A stretch of DNA of 64,000 bases from positions 982,925-1,046,924 of the forward strand of contig BCIN01000004.1 of assembly GCA_039545335.1 (NCBI GenBank). Reading direction: 5' to 3'. The notes under the pieces are model-generated. The model did no database searches and had not been told where the DNA came from. It saw only the letters and a program-made list of their open reading frames with translations. This document shows positions 13,124 through 25,596 of this stretch, piece after piece. Position numbers and translations under genes: made by a program. Position 1 is the first letter of the stretch; each line of letters begins with the position of its first letter. This stretch comes from Kondoa subrosea (Eukaryota).

Positions 13124-14491
13124 ATGGACTTTTCAAAAATTGCTAGCTGCGCTGAAAGGCTACGGCGAACCATCTGCCAGTGAATCGTCAGCTTCGCACA
13201 GAAAGCCTGCTTTTGTCAAGTTGGCGGCCGGAGACACTGGCGATGGTCTACCAGCCGCTTTCTTCGAAGGTACCTTTTCCTCAACTATCTGTGGCAGATG
13301 CTGTGGCAGATGCAGACCAAAAACATCAAGGACAGATCCGCATACTTTCAAACCAAAGAAGACTAAACAAGGCAGCGTTCTATCGTGGGGCCTGTATCCT
13401 CACTCTTGTGGGTCTTTTCTTACTCAGGTTCTGACCTTGGGTCTTAAAATTCTGGTCAGCGAACAGTTCTGAGGGAGAGGAGTACGCTGAGTTCGATGGC
13501 ATGCAAAGCATGATGAGACGGATGAACACGCAGATGTTGTACGGTTCCTTTGGTGGTTCAAATAACCCCGAAACGCCAGAAGATCAATTTATGGAAGTAC
13601 TGATAAAACGCAGAGAAGACCAGCTGAAGCAGACGAATGTCTTGGATCTGCGGTCAAGGGATGTAACATTTATGATATACATGCCGTAAGAATCATCTCT
13701 CATGCCTCCACGATCGCAAATGGATGTTTACTTACAGGTACTTGCCCAGGCGGTCAGTACACGAGGTCAAACACACTTATTTCGCTGATCCCAGATGAGC
13801 AGAAAACATGCAAGGCAATGAGCAATATGCCGCTGATATGAAAGAAGCATCTGTTACTGAGCAGCAGAAGTGAGTCTTCTATCTTGGAGTTGCCTTAGCT
13901 TTTCTGATCTGCTTACGCAGACGCAAATTTGTAGCGAAAGTTTTGGAATCACCAAATTATGACAACTACCATTCAGCGGTCTGGCCTCTCGATTTATCAT
14001 ACTTTGACGCAAAAGTAGCGGATGAACGCTTGAAGAACGCTTTGGGATCAAGTGCTTCAGTTCGCTCAGGCGCAAAGCTGTTTCACACGCCTATACACTC
14101 GTCTGCATCTGAAATACGGGAGACAGCTAGGCTTAAGAAAGGCCAACAGGTATCGCAGACATGGAACAACACCGATGGGCATGGCGGCTTTTGGCAAGAG
14201 ACCACTTCAAGTAGACCAGACAAGAGATCTCAAGGAGCTACTTGTGCGCAGTGCGGAAAGCCAGGCGGAAAGAGCTTGAAGGCCTGTTCAAGTTGTAAAG
14301 GTCGCTGGTACGTTCCCAAGGGCATTCCGCTTCACTTAGTGCTAGCCCAGATTTCGTCTCGTCCGTTACAGGTATTGCTCAAAAGAGCACCAAGCTGAGC
14401 ATTGGAAGTCTGCACATAAGAAAGAGTGTTCGCGAGAGTTCCTGTGGTACCAACTAGAAGACAAACCCAGTACAAATTGGCGCGTCAAGTA
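13124..14491 (+). CDS. MYND-type zinc finger protein, multi-exon (5' structure uncertain)
   Basis: Spliced C-terminus CAQCGKPGGKSLKACSSCKGRW|YCSKEHQAEHWKSAHKKEC is a zf-MYND pattern. Confidence 0.75.
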
Positions 14492-14685
14492 ACCTGCAAA
14501 TAGCGATGGATTTTGCTGGTGAAGCGTAATGTAACGGTATTGCATCCGATACAATGCGACCACTGGCAGTATCTTCACTTTATAACCTTTGTATCATTTG
14601 TGTAGAGCGAGAAATAAGTTGGACTGTTTCTTTTGACCTCAGCAGCCAAGGTCGAAAGGCCGCGTTGGCGCAATAACTCTAGGCT

Positions 14686-17600
14686 ATGAGTGATACCAAT
14701 GGTCTCTTCGCCTACACGACAGCTACGGCGTACAACGATCAGTTCACGCCGAAAGATGCTACAGTCGTGATTATACCGAGCGATTCAGCGAATGACTCCT
14801 TCACTAGTCGATCTGAAGACAGCTCAGCAGCTGCTTTGGAACCTACACACGCTTCTGAAGTCGAGACTCTGTTCTTTCCAGCTCCAACTCGAGGTTTCGT
14901 TATTGCCAGAGTGATTGACAATGCTCGTAAATTGTCACTGCAATGGTCATCTATATCTGTCGCTGGACCCAGTGACTCTGAAGAGGATCAAGAAGATCGA
15001 GCAAATCCTTATGCTCTACTGGATTCAAAAACAGAGCATCCAGCTGTACACTTTCTCTTCCCAGATTCCATTGTGCCCAACATAATGCTCGCTCAAGATC
15101 AACACACATCATCGCTCTTCGTCGTTGTCCTTACGGAATCGGGAAACCTATATCGCTTAACATTTACCGCTCCAGAACTGTTTTATGCGGATCCTATACC
15201 TCAAGACTTCTTGCAGCAATACGGGGTTATAAATTTGGGCGGACGAGTACCGATTATGCTGCACGCTCTGGACAGCGATAGTGTCTTGATTGCAACAGCG
15301 GATGGGATGTTGATCAAATGTGTTCAGGATAGGACGGAGTCATCACAAGATTCGGTGCAGCTGCATGCAGGTCGGCAAATTAGGTTCATATCTGTGACAT
15401 TTACTTAGCAAATTCTTAGACAACTGGGAGGAAACCATACTGTCAACTGCGTCAAAATGGTCACTTACCTCTTGGGCATCTGGTCGAACTCAACAAACCA
15501 TCTCGACACCAAGCACATCTTCTTTCTCCTCATCTTCACCTACTCAAGTCATTTCGTTGGCATCCCTTACCAATCGCCGAGGTCTACTCGATACTGCCTT
15601 TTCCATTTCCCGAGATAAGAAGCTTCGTTTATGGTCGCTCACAGACAATCGACTACTCTCAACCTTCGAGCTAGATCGACTCAGTCCTTTTTCAAAAGCT
15701 CTCGATATCATTGATTCAGCCGAACCCGCTCAAAGCTCCCTCTTCGAAGCTATTCCTCGGCCCTTAATGCGAGTAGTACAGTCTACGGATCTTGAAGACG
15801 ATCACGCCGCTTTCTTGATTATCTTCAATCCATCTACTTTCGCTCGTCGATTCCTCTTATTTGGTCTTGATCTGGACGATGCAGGTCATATTAAAGCGCT
15901 CAACCCACTTGGAGAGAAATCTGCACCATTAGAACTACAAGGAGCCGATCTTCGTGATTTCCAATTAGCCAAGGTCAATCCTCGATCACCAAGTTGCGAT
16001 TTACCATTGGAAGAAAGGTGTTGGACTTTATGGGCCTTATGGGATGTAGGAGGAGTGGACCAAGTAACATTTGTGGATCTATTGGAGTTGTTACCTGGAG
16101 ACGGAACAAAAGAACAGCAAAATTGGAGTCCTGTTTCTAAACCAAATTTGGATGGACCTGCTCAATGGACCACAGAATACTTTGACTCCCAATTGGCTGC
16201 AGTACAGGATGGGAAAGATCTTTCGGAAGTCTTTATGGAACATATCTTCTACCCTGGACGGTATTCGACCGGAACTTTGGAACATGCGCTAAGAAGCTAT
16301 ACATCGGTTTTGTTGAGGGAAGTCAATGGTCAACCAATTGCTCTGCTCCAGGAGTATGTATCAGTACAAGAGAAGATTAGCGCTGTGGTAGGCTGCTCTG
16401 TGCGACTGGAACATAGTCAAGAAACTGGAGCTGTCCTTTATGACGAGTTTCACAAGGCTATGCGCAGCGAATGGCTACGCTTTACAGCAATGTGCAATAC
16501 TTCGGCTCAAGCTGCTCTTCTTCCTCTCAGTCTTTTCGCAGACGAACAACAGCAACTCGTTTTGATTCACTCTAGGGATTCTATTACTGTTCCTCTTGTT
16601 CAAGATGCTGCACCGAATCTTCGACGGCTCCTCGACTCCTCTGATCATTCCTTCTTGCAATTACCTGAATCCTACTTTGAACATTCCTATCCTGCGCTCG
16701 CTCCTCTGGCAGCACGAAGTGGTAGCTTCCAGATCGCAAGCTTAGCCAATTCTATCATCAATACACTAGAGGATGAAGCCACGTCTTACTTTGAACAAGA
16801 AGTCTTGGCCTTGCTACACAAGCCTATTAAGGCCTCGACGGAAGATTTAGCTGTTGATCTCTATGAACGCTTACTTACACCACATTTGCAAGATGTGCAA
16901 GCGCCCATTCTGGAACAATGTCAAGCTATTTCTAATCTTCCGGAGGCGCTTCAAGCGTATGTCAACTTACTCAGCGAACCGTCTAATGTTTTCCCGTACA
17001 CCGAAGGTGGTGCTGGCTCACCAACTGGTTTGACAACGGCACTACTGGCGAATACCGCTTCTCAGATCGTGGAAGAACGCATGGCTCTAGCATTCGAACT
17101 CCTGGCTTGTGTGTCTGTCATTTACAGCTTGCAGATATGGTCAACTTCCGAACTCTTGAAGCTGTTCAGCCAAATTTCAAGTTCTCTCCACTCCCTATCG
17201 ATACTACAATGGACGGCTCGTAATACAGCTCAATCATCTTCTTCATCGGCGCCTGATCCGAACACAAGCAGCGATCTTCTTCTCCAGCAATTCAATCATA
17301 TGCAAATGGCAAATTGTCATTCTAACACCCTTGTCTCCTCTTTCTCTCTGCTTCATCTGTTGCTACGGGCGCTACAATATGCGCCTGTCGTCAGATCGCA
17401 AGTATCGCCCTCGCGTGCTCTGACAGACAGCCTTGGTGAATTCTATTCAGCTACAGGTTTGCTGTATCCAAAACGAATGATTAGCACCCAGCAATCGGAC
17501 GTGCTGTTTCTACATCAGCTACAGCAAGCAGGTTTATCCTCGGCTACTTTGTCTTTGGCAGGACTATATCCAGCAACTCCAGCACTTCAATATGTGTCAG

Positions 17601-19531
17601 GGTTAGCAATGATCGAAGTGGGTCGCATGAAGGATGCAAAAGATGCCTTCGATGCCGTAGCTGCAGCTGTTGGTGAGTGCTTGTCATATCGCATCAATGT
17701 TTGAGATTGACATCTATGCGCAGATACAACAAGTGAAGAACTCAACAATCTGATGCCTCCGCACGCTTCTTCTGGCCTTGAGCACTATTACTATCACGTT
17801 GCGGAACTCTTTCACCAGCATTCAGCGGATTCAGAAACCCTTCATTTCTCATCATTAAGTATCAGCGAATCCACTTCGGATACAGACGAAGGCTTACGAC
17901 GCGAGGTGTCTCATCGTGCTTTTCAAAGCGCGGTCAATCTAGCTTTGTACGAAAGAGCGTACGCAGTTATGACGCTCATGCCAGCGTCGGAATCGTTAGC
18001 ATCCGTTCTGTCATTATGTGCTTATTGCTGATTCTTCATTGCAGGCAAAACGACTCTCTTCGCTCTCTCATTTCGCATACGGTAGAAGCTAGTCAAATAG
18101 ATCTGCTGCTTGGCTTCCCCTACGTTGGGTTGCGCACAGAATTCGAAAACCAGCTTGAATTCAGAAGTCGGAACGAAGACCCTAGATCCAATATCAGTTT
18201 CGCCAGAATCTTGTATTCGTACTATCTATCTCGGAGTGATTACCGCAAAGGTGTGTTTTCGTCACGGCTGCAAATGTGCTGGTTTTAACGAGCTGTTAGC
18301 GGCTGGCGCAATGTATCTACACGCACGCAGGCTGGCCGAAGTGGCTTCGCGTTTTGAAGATTCTTCCGATCTCATACGGCAGCAATGTCAAAGTTATCTG
18401 GCAGCAATCAATTCTCTCTCGCTGGTCGAAAATCAACATGCATGGATAAGCTCTTCTGCTGTTTCCTCAAAAGTAAGTCACAACAGCCCAGAACACAGCC
18501 AGTCCCTTTGGTTGATTGAGCAACAGCGGAAGCGCCGGAAAATTGCTTCCTATATTCCAGCAGAAGAATTTGCCGCTGAAAGTCCGGATTCCATCATCAT
18601 CGATTTAGCAGACATACGGCAAGAGTATCACCTTGCTCTCGCGAAGCTGGTCTTGGCTTCCGATTTTCCTCAGCTGCGGCAAAGTAGTACGTGATGCTTC
18701 GTGCGAATTGTTGGGGTCTGACGAAGAATTCAGCAATGGATCTCGATCGCGAATCTGCTGTTTCTCTGTACTCTCAAACAGGTCGAATCGATAAAGCGTT
18801 GGCCGCAGCGGAAGTTCTCGATGTTTCAATGGATTCGATTTTCGAAAATCTTACTTCAAAATGCATTCAATTGAGCAAACCAGGCCACACTACTTCGTAC
18901 GTCTTGTCTCTATCCACTTCTGATGCCACTTGAAACTTACGAACAGCTGGAATAGTGACGCTGCAGTCGGTATGCTGTTTGTTGAAACAGATGCAACCTC
19001 GTGGGAAGGATCTCCTGCAATGAACGCGTGGTATCTGCTTCGGACGTACTTGGAGCGCTACGACAAGCAGGAGAGATATCGAGAGCGAGTGCTGGATCGT
19101 TGTCTTCTGGCGAATTCCAAAGTGCCGAGCTGGCTGCTCGCCACATTCATCGTATGCTTATATTCTCTCTCTTGACAATCTGTGTTAATTATTTGTCACA
19201 GGACAAGCGTCCAAGTTTGCTAATACGAAAATGCCTTCGAGTTGGCTTAGTCGAAGACTCCTTGCGTCAAGCTATTGCTTTAGTTGAGAAGGTATGCAAA
19301 TATGTTTCTCGACCAGCCTATTGGCTGATATCTGTCGTATAGATGCCCAAAGCCACGGCAATAGCAAAAACAGCCAGCTGTCTGGATTGGTCCCTATTCG
19401 ACGAGCTGCTCGCACTAGAAGGCGATGATGGCGTCAAAGAATTGCAAAAGCTGCTACGAAAAGGACTGGAAGATCGGCTTGCACGGCTTCAAGCGACTTC
19501 GACTCGAATGATGGCACGAGTATCTCGATGA
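14686..19531 (+). CDS. NUP120: Nucleoporin Nup120/Nup160
   Basis: Large multi-exon protein with an N-terminal beta-propeller (VVLTESGNLYRLTF, SISRDKKLRLWSL), a helical C-terminal part (ILYSYYLSRSDYRKAAGAMYLHARRL, QCQSYLAAINSLSLV) and a KRRK motif, typical of the Nup160 family. Confidence 0.85.
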
Positions 19532-20205
19532 GATCACAGTCTGCCGCTGCGATTGGCTGGCTAGCACTAACACGGAGTATTATTCACTCTGACACTTGAG
19601 GGGCACAAGTCTTGATACTTTTCGGAGCAACCGACACAGAACATGTTCTGCCATTTTTCCTATGTTTTCCTGCACATGTGTTTTCTGTTTGTCTGGTACT
19701 TACTCGCTGTACTTTTATGCCATGCCAAACCGGGTAAGAAAATGCTGTTTCAGCTTCAGATAAATTTCACTCTTCTATTTTGATGTCGATTGTGAGTGTT
19801 TGGACGAGTTGCAACTGGAATCAGCTATTCAGTTATTCTCTCTTCTTGTCTGACAAGAGCTCTACTCTTACAACAAGTCATCCTTGTACCTCCGAGTCAA
19901 GTCCGAGGTATCTGTCTTTTTACCGCAAGGTTTCGCCTCTTTCTTCTTCTGAATGTGCTCGCTCGTACAGCGTCGATCGTCATATTGACGATAGATTCAG
20001 GACACCCTTTTACTCCAGTCTTTCGAGTCTCGGGCAATTTTTGGGTACACTCAGATTAGAACTTCCTCATCTGATATGAATGCCGAATTTACCTCATTGT
20101 GCCACTGAGTCGAACCACTAGCTGGAGTCCTCTCTATCTTGCGACGCACTGATCTTGGTCTTCTGTTATCTCATTTCCAGAACTCAACGCCAACCCATTT
20201 ACAAT

Positions 20206-21391
20206 ATGAAAGCCGGCTTCGTCGCTCTAACTCTCGCAGCAGCCTCTGTCATTAATGCTGCTCCAGCTATCTCACCTTTGCGCAAGAGGAATATGACCGA
20301 CATAGATGTCGATATTCTTCAATATGCGCTTACATTGGAACATCTTGAGGTACGGAAGCTTGTGCAGAAGCACTTTCCTGCTTACTGATCTTTATGTCTC
20401 TTGACAGAACACATTCTACAATCAGGCTTTGAACCAGTACAGTGAATCAGACTTCACCAATGCAGGTTATGCATCCGATGTTCGAAGCAAAATCCAGCAA
20501 ATTTCATCTGATGAAGCCTCTCATGTGGAGTTTTGTTAGCACACTTCCCACAAGTCTATGCATGCGCTCATACAACTTTCTGATCAGTGTCAACTGCGCT
20601 CAAAGCTGCTGGGGTCACACCGACCTCTGCTTGCACCTATGACTTCGGTTACAACTCAGTCTCAAGCTTCTTGGCTGTCGACTCCGTGATCGAGGGTGTT
20701 GGTGTATCAGCTTACCTTGGCGCTGCTCACCTTATCACAAACCCAGAGTGAGTTTGTACGTCATTCATGTGTCAATGACTAAGGTGTTGAGCAGCTATGT
20801 GACTGCTGCCGGTGCCATCCTCACTGTAGAAGGACGCCATTCTGCATACATTCGGAACACCATTGGCGAATCTCCCTTCCCTTTGCCTTACGATATCCCT
20901 CTGGACTTCGATCAAGTGTACTCCTTGGCGGCTGAATTCGTTAGTCAATTTGATTCATTCATTTACCTTGTCTTGGATGCTGAATCTTCATCTGACAGAT
21001 CAAGAGCTGCCCATCAAGCAACCCAACTCTCCCAGTCAAGGCATTCCCTGGATTGACTGCTACTACGTCTGGCAAAGCGAAGGCCGGAGGGCAAGTTACC
21101 CTCACTCCTTCGAACAGCTCTAGCATTCAAGGCATGGGTCAACTTTACGCTGCATTCATTGGCTACCCGACCACATCCTTCGGCGAGTACAACACCGAAT
21201 CTGTGAGTGTCCTTTCGCAGTCATTTTGACCTCTTTCTCATTGCTGCTTTTAGATGATGGTTACTATTCCCTCAGACGCTAATGGTCAGACTTACATCGT
21301 CCTTACGACAAGCAACAGTACGGTGACTGATGACAACACTGTTTGCGGCGTTGCTGTTCTCGAAGTATGCAATTCCGGTGATGATTATTGA
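20206..21391 (+). CDS. Secreted Rds1-like ferritin-like domain protein, multi-exon
   Basis: Signal peptide MKAGFVALTLAAASVINA. Ferritin_2/Rds1 motifs DILQYALTLEHLENTFY, DEASHV, EGVGVSAYLGAA, AAGAILTVEGRHSAYIR. Confidence 0.85.
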
Positions 21392-21757
21392 AAGTATAAA
21401 TGAAGGGAGACATGGACTCAATTTGTAAATAGCGATTTGACCAAAAGATCAATGTCAGTACTATGTATAGCTTGCCATATCGAATCTCTGCTTTTCGATT
21501 GTCTGTCCAATGTTCGTCAACATTTCGTTCGGGGACTTGTCATATTCGATACGTCCTTGTAGCCTGAGTGCGGACTCCACAGATCTAGCACAGACTAGCG
21601 AGCTGTGGCCTTCAATACTACCTGGCGTGACAGAGCTGTCGAGCAGAAGCGAGATTTCAATCTCTTTGGGGGTAGGAGCTTATAATACATTTCGCGGTCA
21701 AGTTTTGTTATTTTAAACGTGTTACTGAGATAAATATTTGATAAGCTAAGTCCTCCC

Positions 21758-23930
21758 TTAGTATAACGGAAAGCCTACATCAAAATGAAGCTCAGCATCC
21801 ACTTCTTCATAATGCTCAAACAGTCCTTCCATCAATTTGATGAGATAGCCAATATCCTGACTGCCTGCAGTTTCTCGAATAGAATGCACTGGGTAGATCT
21901 TCAGTCTCGGTGCACAAGCGCACAACCGAAGATAGCTTACTACTCAATTGCGCACAACCGATATCACAAGTTCTCAACCCAATCTTGCTGATCAATGGTC
22001 CGATAGTACTGCCTGCGAAGAAGAGTATCAAAGAGTTGTTTTACTTGCTTAGATCCTTGCGCCTTACCGCATGGCATATCATTGCGAACCTGTGGTCTCT
22101 AGATTAGCAACTTCCTATATCACTCGAAAGATGAAACTCACCTCGTACTCTTGTAGTGGCACATTGACTTTCTTCGCGATCCGCTTGAGCAGGAAATGAG
22201 ATTCAGCTGATGTAGCATAGCGCTGCTTCGCATTGGCTATGTAGTAGAGTCAGCAGTTAAGACACAGAGATTCAATATGAAACACGTACTCTTCACTGCT
22301 GGACCTTTGTTCATCATTGGTCTAGCATACGTCAGGTACATAAGGCGAACAATACAGAGCAAGCTGAATAGAGCGAGTTGAAAGACACTCACCGATGATT
22401 GACTTCATGCTTGTCAGTGAACGAAGGATGTAGAGCATGACCCTACAGTAAGAAAATTAATATAACTTTAGTAATGCTTACGATATTAAGTGCTTACCAT
22501 ATCGCAGGAGAGCAAGTAGGAATTAGCAATCGCGCGCTACCCAGCAATAAGCTCCCAGCATCGTCATAACAGACAACAGATCACCTACATGAACGACCTC
22601 TTCTTCCGCTACGCTAGAATGGAAACCAGTCGTTACTCTTCCAATAACGCTTTCCAAGAAATTGCTTTCCGCTCCATGAGCAGAAACGCTTCCAATTTCT
22701 TCATGATCAAACAAACAAATCAACTTCCCAGTCTTGCAATTAGCTAGATTATCAATGTTTGACATTGCTTTGGCAGCGCAATAGGTTGAGAACAGGTTAT
22801 CCAGTCTACCGGAAAAGATGAATTCATTCTTGGCTCCTCCTAAGGTACTAGGTTGCACGTCGATGAAAGATAGATCAAAGCTCTGAATTTGATCGACTGA
22901 GTCAAGTTGAAGTTGATCTTTTAGAATAGATAGGAGCACAGGACTGTGATATTCTTTCTCTGGTGTTGTTTCACTGCTGCTGTCATTTGAAGTCGGTTCA
23001 TTCAAGGTAGAGGATAAGAGTGATAGTATAGGAACCATTTGAGTTTCTTGATTGTAGAATGTTTTCCTACTCAAAGGGTCAGTCCTTGATTTCGGCTGCC
23101 TGAAATCACTTATCGACTAACTCATTCTGTGTACGATCAAGATGGATAGCCACAGTAGGTATACGAGCCTAGAGATGATGAGCATCCATGCTGATAAGCA
23201 AGCCAGCAGGTAACATACTAGAGGCTTGGCGATATGCACCAAATGAGACGTGTAAGGCGTTGTGCTTCCTTCTTTGTTGGCAACTACTACACGACCTGCG
23301 ATTCCAAGATCTCGATCAAGCCAGCTATGCCACAGTCCACCTGATCACGATGTTGGTATTCGTAGAGGCAGCAAGATCGGGCTACGGACCTCCATACGTC
23401 TCTACGCCCACTCGAACATAGCCAGAGTCATTACGCTAAAGCACAGATGAGAGAGAATAGTTGATCGACACTGACAAATACCTTTGAGATAGGCCTGATC
23501 TTGAAACAGCATCTATATAACCAAGGTCAGCGCTAACTCTGAGCGCTCAGAATAGAGACATACGAATCAGTGTGAGTGCCGACGATACTGAAACCGTTTC
23601 CAGGTTGGTATGCGTCTCCCAAAGCGAATGCAATCAAGCTGTATCATGATGAATTGAGAATGTATCCAGGCATAATGCAGCAGGAGAAGCCAACCTTGAC
23701 TGATTTCTTGTCACATAATACTTCCCTTTAGCTTCCAATTGACCTTTCCACGTCTCTCTTTCATGTAAACGCTTGAAACCAGATGCTTCGAGCATGTCTA
23801 CAGTCTGAGCAACAGCATGATAATTCGTAGGCGCTTTGTTGATGAATTCTATAAAGCCCTGCGCTGGTTGCAAGTTCTCAGACAACCCAGCATCGACCCA
23901 AGTAGGTGAGATTTCCTTTGACGATGACAT
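21758..23930 (-). CDS. APE4: Aspartyl aminopeptidase (peptidase M18), multi-exon; both ends approximate
   Basis: FIEFINKAPTNYHAV, VGTHTDS, VETYGG, TWFDRDLG, GRLDNL, LFDHEEIGS, GSTIGP, HSIRE. Confidence 0.9.
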
Positions 23931-24503
23931 TTGAGCAGTGTGAGGAATCAGGTTCAGCGATAGCCGAGGCAATCTGGATCTTAGGAGCGCGTGAATCTTT
24001 GAATGACACTGCCAAACAGACTACTAGAGCTGGCTGGCTGAAGCAAGACGACTCGGAAATATTTATAAGTCACTGGCAGGGTTGACCCAAGGCAAGCACC
24101 TGGCCACTATGCTATCTTCCGCTATTGTAGCGTGTTTCTGATCTATCTCTTCTTGTGCCCAAATCTGTGCATGTATTCATTGGCTTCTTGTGCCAACCAA
24201 AAGCTTTACCATCGATTCTGTCTTTTTCTTGTCTGCGCGCGCCTGAAGACTGCACAGGCTGGAATCTCTATGTGGCATGACCTCTGCGCGAATGAACAGC
24301 CTTAGTGGGTCCAGTGCATCATGTTCGTGTTCTGGTAGTGCTCTGAAAATGATACTTCGGAACTGCTTTTCTTCTGCCTTCACGCTCTTCTCAAACGTCA
24401 AGTAAGGAACAGGAATCACCGCTTTATATTTCCAGTGGCTTTCGGGATCTAATTAACCGTACAGTTATTTCGTCTTTCTTGCTCTCCAACCACCGCTTGA
24501 ACC

Positions 24504-25478
24504 ATGTCTGAACGATCTATACGTCTTCGTATGTCATTAAAAAGCTTCAATACAGTACATTCTCATCTATAAGCAGTCCTTACCGGTTTCGGGCCATATA
24601 GAGATTGCCCAGATATCAACCCCTCTGCAGCTGTAGCTCAACGATTAGCTGGTCACGTACTGGAACGAGCGTCTCATCCCGGCGTGAAAGTACATATGTG
24701 GCTTGTCATTGCTCTTTGTGTCTCGATCGAAGATACTGATTGAATGAGCTTTAGCGTTATGACCAAAATCCTTACTTCTTATCAAGATGTCGCTCATCAG
24801 ATCCCAGCATATCATAAATCAGGTCTATTCAATGCTGTCGTTCATGTTGGCACAGACTGTTCAGCTACTGAAGTGAAGCTCGAGCAGGGCGCAAACACTC
24901 TAGTGAGTTTTCTGAGATCTCGCAAATTCATCCTTGGTTGACAAGATACAGGGTTACAAAGATAAAGATTTCTATGAAACTAGAGCACCGCAGGTAATTT
25001 CGGGCTCTGAGTCTCGTTCCCAAGATTTCAATGCTTTTGGATCAGGTTGAAGGAGGTCGAGGCATTGCTTCTCCTGCAAACCGTTTAATTACAAGTGTAA
25101 AGATCGATCAATTAGTCGGAGATCTCGACTTGGCCGGACATAAGGTAAAGCTTTCTAACAACAAGTCATTCAGATTGAATCTGATCATGTTTGCAGCATG
25201 TCCAGGCTCACGATCACGCTGGATCGTATCTCGTATGCTACAGCTCCTCTTCTGTGCCTTTGTGCTCATCCGACTCGTGTGGTTAGTGTGGATTCTTGTA
25301 CGCGACAAGTTTGACAGCGGCAGCGGAACAAGCAAAGGGCGGACGACCTCTAGTCCCAGTACTCTTCGTCCATATTCCCGATCCTTCGAAGGACAAGTCA
25401 AGCTACAGTGAAAAGCAGCTTTGCGAGGTATTAAGTGAAGTTTGCTGGTCGATCGGGTTGTCTACTATTGACTATTGA
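24504..25478 (+). CDS. Pyroglutamyl-peptidase I (peptidase C15)-like, multi-exon
   Basis: LLTGFGPY...INPS, VVHVG, KLEQGA, spliced HDHAGSYL|CGFLYATSL (catalytic Cys), VLFVHIP (catalytic His). Confidence 0.8.
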
Positions 25479-25596
25479 AGGTCCTGCTGCACGCTGAAGA
25501 TGCGCACTATATCATACTTGAAGTCTAGGTATTGCATTGCATGATCGCGCTTTCTTGTAATAGAAGTGTATCTGTTTTATTTCGTCTATACCATTT

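Noticed and set aside
13124..13220. Apparent +1 frameshift after ATGGACTTTT at the MYND gene start
   Set aside because: Could be a homopolymer error or an unrecognised short intron. It cannot be resolved from sequence alone.
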